DNA from: Eledone cirrhosa
Lineage: Eukaryota
Length of the DNA stretch: 64,000 nt
Reading direction: 5' to 3'
NCBI GenBank assembly: GCA_964016885.1
Contig: OZ024758.1
Span: forward strand, 27,156,001 to 27,220,000
Part shown: positions 56,571 to 64,000 of the stretch, one piece after another
Layout: every line of letters starts with the position of its first letter
Numbering within the stretch: position 1 is the stretch's first letter
The notes under the pieces: generated by a model
What the model saw: only the letters and a program-made list of their open reading frames with translations
The model's database searches: none
Told to the model about the DNA's origin: nothing
Program-made: the position numbers and the translations under genes

Positions 56571-56716
56571 ATTAAAGTTGATTACTTCGATCTGATTCTT
56601 AATTTTTATGAAAACATTAGATCTTAATTAATTAAATTTGTAATCTAATTTTAACTGTGGATCACAGCATGTGACAAGGCATTGTGTAAGGTTATCTAAA
56701 ATTTATTAAATGATTG

Positions 56717-57241
56717 TGGATTGGCAGTATCGGTAGAGGGTCGGACGCCATGCTTTCCAGCATAGATACGTCCCTTTACGATCTGAGTTCAAATCCCGCC
56801 GAGGTTGACTTTGCCTTTCATCCTTACGAGGTCGATAAAATAAAGTACCAGTAATGTACTGGGTAATTGCTGGCCTTGTGCCTAAAGTAGAAACAATTAA
56901 ATGATTGAAAGATGCGACAGCGAGTTTCAGGTATTTTCGATCGTTTCGTGGTGATGTCTCTTCATCTTCAGTTGTGTCCGTTTAACTGTTAAAAATAGGC
57001 TATCCAGCTGGTATCTCTATTTGTTATATTCGGACGCCATGTTTTGCAGCTTAGAGTTATGGCTCTTCATGGTCTGGGTTCAAGTCCCACGGAGGTTAAC
57101 TTTGCCTTTCATCCTTACGGTGTCGATAAAATAAAGTACCAGTAATGCACTGAGATAATTGCTGGCCTTGTGCTAAAAGTAGAGACAGTTATTGCAGTGT
57201 TTGTTGCATTTTTAGAAATTTATCTTAAGAGCTAACCGAGG

Positions 57242-57295
<54 letters not shown>

Positions 57296-57642
57296 CACAT
57301 CTCCCCCTCCCCCTCATATTATCTTTGTGTGTGTATATATATATATATATATATTATAAATATACATATATCTGCGTGCTTATAAATGAAGGATTCGGGA
57401 CCCCGACGGCTGAGCTCCTGCCGTTTCGACAGTGAGATCCGAACTGCCGGAAGATATATATATAATTGTTTCTACTTTTGACACAAGGCCAGCAATTACC
57501 CAGTAGATTACTGGTACTTTATTTTATCGACCCCATAAAGATGAAAGGCAAAGTCAACCTCGGCGGGATTTGAACTCAGATCGTAAAGGGACGTAACTAT
57601 GCTGGAAAGCATGGCGTCTGACCCTCTACCGATACTGCCAAT
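56717..57642. mobile_element. Three main-family SINEs (56717-56899 +, 57029-57191 +, 57462-57642 -)
   Basis: Consensus matches; the first has TSD attaaatgattg. Confidence 0.85.
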
Positions 57643-59044
57643 ATATAATGATAGGGTGTGGTAAAAAAAACCCAAAAAACAGGTGGACCATAACCCACCA
57701 GAGTACTCGATATTTGGGGTAGTAGAGTGGGTAATATGAAAAGATTGAGGACCGTTTCAACAGCCGTCTTGAATCTTTTCATATATATCAAATATATTTG
57801 AGTATATACATGAATATATGAGTATATACATGAGTATATACATGAGTATTATGTTTGTTGGTGTGTGTATATAAATGTAAAAGTAAGTGTAAATAAGAAA
57901 ATTTTATATAAAATATCTGGAATTTGCATAAATATTGTGTATGTGTGTATGAGGTCCTTTAAATGTTAGCGGGGCGAGTAGTGCACAGCTAGAAATTCGT
58001 GTTTGTGTGTACACGATAGATAGCTAGCTATCTTGCCAGCTCTTCTCCCTTATTCAGCTGTCGTACAGTTAAAACAGGAGAGGAAATTCCCTTCACTTTA
58101 TATGACCGTTCCTTTCCTTACCCAACTTTTCCAGCGTTCTCCCACGTCGCAACAGCCTGTCAAATATTTTATTGTTTCGGTTAGTAGAGAAGATTTTGTT
58201 TCCAATATTCGTTTGACTTCACGTAGACACCACCTCCGTCGCCATCTTTATATTTACGATAGCAAAAGCGCTTCATGTTGTCATTCATACTTGTGTTAAA
58301 GGTGCTTGTCTATCTTAGAGGTATTATACGCTCGGGACGAAGAACAATATATACGATAAGCAATCAATCAAATAAATATTTAAGCAATTCTATATAAGTA
58401 TCGATCGCAAGAAGTCGGCAGTCGAGAATTCTAGAAATGAGCTGCGGTAAGAAAAGAATTGAACGCTGTCGCCGAGTTTCACGTATCAGCTTGAATGACT
58501 AGCTATCCCCAGCCACACAAACCACAAAGTCACGTATGTACCTAATAATCAGATTACTTTACATACTCGAAACTATTTGACTGGGAAAGTTGAGTCTATT
58601 GAAGTATATTTCTGTTTAAAGTATTATTTATATTCGCGGGGAGGGGGGGGGGGTACATTCCGAGAGCATCCGCAAATAGTGGACGTGGTCCATAAAATAA
58701 CTATCAATGCCAAAATATAACGTAAAATATGATAAAAAAAAACGAGGGGGCGTCTTATGTCAAGAGGCGTCCAATAGGCCGGCAAATACAGTATATTGTT
58801 ATTAATAATTTAGCGTTAAAAAAATATATATATATATTGCCATGAAAGAAGATAGTTACGATTCCGCGAATATGCGATGGTTTCCACGAACAATTATTAG
58901 TTAGGTTCCAAGAAAAATTCCGCGAATAACCGGAGTAGACTGTAGTTTTGCAGCGGAACGAAATGTTGAAGGTATAACACAAGTAGGATCTTAATAATTA
59001 GTAAACTGGAAATCGTGTTCTCAATGTTTATATAATTGTTCGAT

Positions 59045-60560
59045 AAACTATATTGGCCTAGTGGTACGGGTGTTGGGGTTCGATTCCTGGGCTCCTTTTT
59101 TTTAATGACCAGTTATAGCCAATTTCAACAGAAAAAGGTAGAGAATTCTGGCCGGTTTGAACATTAACTGGTTAAGACAGGCTTTAGAATTAGATAAGAA
59201 ATAGCTGTAAATATCAGTACTTCAACAGACAACATCCAGGGGCTGGGACCAATATAAAAATAATAGTTTCTGATTTTAGGCCCAAAGTAAACAAACTATA
59301 TTGGCCTAGTGGTACGGGTGTTAGGGTTCGATTCCTGGGCTCCTTTTTTTAATGACCAGTTATAGCCAATTTCAACAAAAAAAGGTAGAGAATTCTGGCC
59401 GGTTTGAACATTAACGGGTTAAGACAGGCTTTAGAATTAGATAAGAAATAGCTGTAAATATCAGTACTTCAACAGACAACAACCAGAGGCTGGGACCAAT
59501 ATAAAAATAATAGTTTCTGATTTTAGGCCCAAAGTAAACAAACTATATTGGCCTAGTGGTACGGGTGTTAGGGTTCGATTCCTGGGCTCCTTTTTTTAAT
59601 GACCAGTTATAGCCAATTTCAACAGAAAAAGGTAGAGAATTCTGGCCGGTTTTGGCCGGTTTGAACATTAACGGGTTAAGACAGGCTTTAGAATTAGATA
59701 AGAAATAGCTGTAAATATCAGTACTTCAACAGACAACATCCAGGGGCTGGGACCAATATAAAAATAATAGTTTCTGATTTTAGGCCCAAAGTAAACAAAC
59801 TATATTGGCCTAGTGGTACGGGTGTTAGGGTTCGATTCCTGGGCTCCTTTTTTTAATGACCAGTTATAGCCAATTTCAACAAAAAAAGGTAGAGAATTCT
59901 GGCCGGTTTGAACATTAACGGGTTAAGACAGGCTTTAGAATTAGATAAGAAATAGCTGTAAATATCAGTACTTCAACAGACAACAACCAGAGGCTGGGAC
60001 CAATATAAAAATAATAGTTTCTGATTTTAGGCCCAAAGTAAACAAACTATATTGGCCTAGTGGTACGGGTGTTAGGGTTCGATTCCTGGGCTCCTTTTTT
60101 TAATGACCAGTTATAGCCAATTTCAACAGAAAAAGGTAGAGAATTCTGGCCGGTTTTGGCCGGTTTGAACATTAACGGGTTAAGACAGGCTTTAGAATTA
60201 GATAAGAAATAGCTGTAAATATCAGTACTTCAACAGACAACATCCAGGGGCTGGGACCAATATAAAAATAATAGTTTCTGATTTTAGGCCCAAAGTAAAC
60301 AAACTATATTGGCCTAGTGGTACGGGTGTTAGGGTTCGATTCCTGGGCTCCTTTTTTTAATGACCAATTATAGCCAATTTCAACAGAAAAAGGTAGAGAA
60401 TTCTGGCCAGTTTTGGCCGGTTTGAACATTAACGGGTTAAGACAGGCTTTAGAATTAGATAAGAAATAGCTGTAAATATCAGTAGTACTTCAACAGACAA
60501 CCAGGAGCTGGGACCAATATAAAAATAATAGTTTCTGATTTTAGGCCCAAAGTAAACAAA
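59045..60560 (+). repeat. Six-unit tandem array of ~247/257 bp
   Basis: Units start at 59045, 59293, 59540, 59797, 60044, 60301. Confidence 0.95.
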
Positions 60561-61122
60561 TTTTTTTTTTGTGGGGTCAACTAACTCGATCCCAGTGCGT
60601 TACTGTTACTTTATTTTATCGATCTTGTAAGGATGAAAGGCAAAGTTAATCTCGGTGGGATTTGAACTCTGAACGTAAAGGGTCATAACTCTATGCCGTA
60701 AAGCACGTCCGATGCTCTACCGATACTGCGAATCTACCGCTCTTGGGATTAATATAATAATTGTTTCTACATTAGGCACAAGGCCAGCAATTACCCAGTG
60801 CATTACTGGTACTTTATTTTATCGACCCCGTAAGGATGAAAGGCAAAGTCGACCTCGGCGGGATTTGAACTCAGATCGTAAAGGGACGTAACTATACTGC
60901 CAATATAATCGTTTCTGATTTAGGCACAAGGCCAACTAATTTGGGGCAAGCGAAATATGATTAAATCGATCCCAGTGTATTACTGGTACTTTATTTTATC
61001 GACCCCGTAAAGATGAATGGCGAAGCTGACATCGGCGGAATTTGACTCAGAGCGTAAAGGGATATAACTCTGTGTTGTAAAGCATGTTGTCCGACGCTCT
61101 ACCGATACTGTTAATCCGCCGC
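60525..61122 (-). mobile_element. Three consecutive SINE copies
   Basis: Consensus matches. Confidence 0.85.
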
Positions 61123-61297
61123 CATTGAGACCAATATAGGAATAATACAAGGAGAACCGATTAATGATACAATGAATGCGGCTAAGAGCGTTAGAGCGCC
61201 ACACAAATATATTAGCCGTACTAGCAGAAAAACCAGCCTTCGGGCGGTTTTCTACTAGCATGTGTAGTGTGTATATTGATATTATACACAAATATAT

Positions 61298-61355
61298 GGC
61301 ATAGGTTAAGTTTAACGTCCTCGAAAATGAAAGTGGATTTTCTGACAAGTGAATG

Positions 61356-61386
<31 letters not shown>

Positions 61387-61927
61387 TGAAATTTACGATA
61401 CACTTTTTGTTTATTTACAACAGGTCTCTATAGTGATATGGTGTTAATTAGTATTGCGTGTGTGATTATTTTCTCTTATATATATATATGTGTGTGTGTG
61501 TATATATATGTGTGTTTGTATATATATATGTGTTTGTGTCATCATCATCGTTTAGATGTTTTTGTAATATCTTGCCAAAGTTGGCACCAACTATAAACAA
61601 ATTAAGGCCGGATCATAAGAAGGACAGAGAATGATAAGGGATTTGGGTAAAAACATCTAAACGATGATGATGACACAAACACATATATATATATACAAAC
61701 ACACATATATATACATACAGACACACATATATATACACACATATACACACCCACACACATATATATAAGAGAAAATAATCACATACGCAATACTAATTAA
61801 CACCATATCACTATAGAGACCTGTTGTAAATAAACAAAGTGTATCGTAAATTTCACTGTAAAACAAACGCATTCACTTGTCAGAAAATCCACTTTCATTT
61901 TCGAGGACGTTAAACTTAACCTATGCC
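61298..61927. mobile_element. Mutator/Foldback-like non-autonomous element
   Basis: TIRs of ~265-280 bp, GGCATAGG...CCTATGCC; exact 9-bp TSD CAAATATAT (61289-61297, 61928-61936). Confidence 0.85.
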
Positions 61928-62260
61928 CAAATATATTATACATGTAGAAATGATACATCAAATAAAATCGTAATTGACAATATACACAGAAAGACTGTGT
62001 TACACTGTCTTATGTAATCAGTAACGTAATCCATGATACATTAAAAAAAGACGATATTATATATAAACTGCATTAGGAGAAAATAAGCGACGGAAATATA
62101 TGCAATATTTTTATAAGTGATATAATATAACGGCCGCTAACCGGAAGTGTTGACGTTTGAACATTTTAAAGATCTTTAAATAAGCTATAAAATATATTTA
62201 ATCAACAGCCACGAAATTTGGCACATAAATTATGTAATATTCATTCATTATTTATTCAAA

Positions 62261-62448
62261 GGCGGTGGATTGGCAGTATCAGTAGAGGGTCGGACGCCAT
62301 GCTTTCCAGCATAGTTACGTCCCTTTACGATCTGAGTTCAAATCCCGCCGAGGTTGACTTTGCCTTTCATCCTTACGGGGTCGATAAAATAAAGTACCAG
62401 TAATGCACTGGGTAATTGCTGGCCTTGTGCCAAAAGTAGAAACAATTA
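62261..62448 (+). mobile_element. tRNA-derived SINE
   Basis: TSD attatttattcaaa. Confidence 0.9.
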
Positions 62449-62772
62449 TTTATTCAAAGTAATCCAATTTATTTTACAAACGGGGTAAAAAAAAAATATC
62501 CTGGACGCAATCCCGCTCTCCTTTCTTTATTATAGTTAATATTTGTTCGGGTCTTTACATCTGAGTTCAAATCCTACCCAGGTCAATTTTGCTTTTCATC
62601 CTTCTGAGGTCGAGAAAATAAAGTAGCAATCAAGTACTAGGACAGATATAACCGACGTCTCCACCTCTAAAATTTCTGGGTTGTGCCTAAATTAGAAATC
62701 GCTATTTGTTGGCTTTTCCTTTATATCGGAGGAGAGGAGGGAGAATATATTTTGGTCTCAATATATTTGTTT

Positions 62773-62949
62773 GTATTTTGGGCACAAGGCCAGCAATTAT
62801 CCCAGTGTATTACTGCTACTTTATTTTTATCGACCCCGTAAGGATGAAAGGCAAAATTAACCTCGGCGGGATTTGAACTCAGAATGGCAAGGGCCGTAAC
62901 TCTTTGCTGCAAAACATGGCGTCCGACCCTCTACCGATACTGCCAATCA
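62773..62949 (-). mobile_element. tRNA-derived SINE
   Basis: Consensus; attttggtctcaatatat on both sides. Confidence 0.85.
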
Positions 62950-64000
62950 CCTCTACTGATACTGCCAATCCACCATTTTGGTCTCAATATATTATTGCTA
63001 TGGTTTACTTGATCTTTCATCTTTTTCTTACGCCGCAGACTCCTAAGATGTTGAATATATTAAATATAGTTTATACAGCTGCTCTATCCCCATCGTCATT
63101 GTAGTTCCTTTAAACTTTCTTCTCTTCTTCATTAACTTCATTACAAGACGAGCCTTTGCTAACTGGGCTGGATTATCTTCCAGCATTTATACTTCAAGAA
63201 AAATTATCTTCCCTTGATATATGAAAAGTAATTGCGACCTTCTTATTTTCTAACTATACTAAGGACTTGATAATTCATTGCAGTATCGACTGGGGCTAGA
63301 TTTTTTGTTTGTTTGTTCTGTTCTTTTATCTCCAACCGTTTTAGTTATTGCTTCATTTTTATCCGTTTTAAGGGTTGGTGGAAGCATTTCTGTATTGGGT
63401 GGGCGGGAGTTGAGCAAATGTAGGCGTAGTGATTAGTTTAGCTATCTACCAAGATATAAAAAAAAAAAAACTTCGATATACGATAAACATAAGATGTACA
63501 TAAACTGTAGTGCAAATACAATTAGATGTGTGTTTAGGTAGTTTGGGAGAGAAATATAATTATAGGCAGGGGGAGGGCGTCCCCCCCTCCAGTTCCACCG
63601 TCCCGGCTTTTATGAATGTTGTGGCTGGTATTGCTGATGGCTACCGTTTCGAAGAGCCGCATAAATATCTATCACATTCTAAGCGCTTCCGACCGATTTC
63701 TTTCCTCCGTCACACATTTAATTCTTTTCAGCGATTTATTTGACACATAATCGCATCCCTTATTAAAAGAACAGCCGAGAATACCTTCAGGAAAATTAAC
63801 TGAATATCAGGAAAAGCCGATACGAGAATTAGGAAGCGATCTACCTTAAAGCAGCGAGTGTATTGGCACTATACATCCATCAAATGTTATATAGAGAGAA
63901 GATGGTTGATAATACTAGAGGTTTTATCTATGCCACTGACAGCATGCCAAAGGCAAAATTCCAACTATACCGAAACAACCGTCAGTGCCGCTTTACATTA

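Noticed and set aside
59052-59092. tRNA gene
   Set aside because: A and B boxes only, too short for a cloverleaf; SINE-derived

Overview
Animal non-coding, repeat-dominated DNA. The repeat repertoire suggests a cephalopod, probably an octopod (inference). No intact host gene is supportable: almost all ORFs in the track are microsatellite or SINE artefacts. Contents: (1) about 35-40 copies of one ~190-bp tRNA-derived SINE plus several CORE-type SINEs; (2) LINE fragments, namely an R4/Dong-like restriction-endonuclease ORF and RTE 3' ends; (3) Tc1/mariner, hAT, piggyBac and Mutator-like MITEs with visible target-site duplications (TSDs); (4) long micro- and minisatellites and a 200-N gap. The most striking content is a dozen or more short, mutually divergent fold-back elements, nearly all embedded in (TA)n. 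Many carry type-I hammerhead ribozymes (CUGANGA / stem II / GAAA / palindromic stem III / UH), often one per arm on opposite strands. They share a 3' tail (ACTC...GAGTGCT stem, then a terminal hairpin). Their short inverted arm stops just before that tail, and at least one has captured nearby genomic DNA at the inversion point. This fits a diverse non-autonomous Penelope-like/retrozyme system. Coordinates were read by eye and may be off by a few bases.
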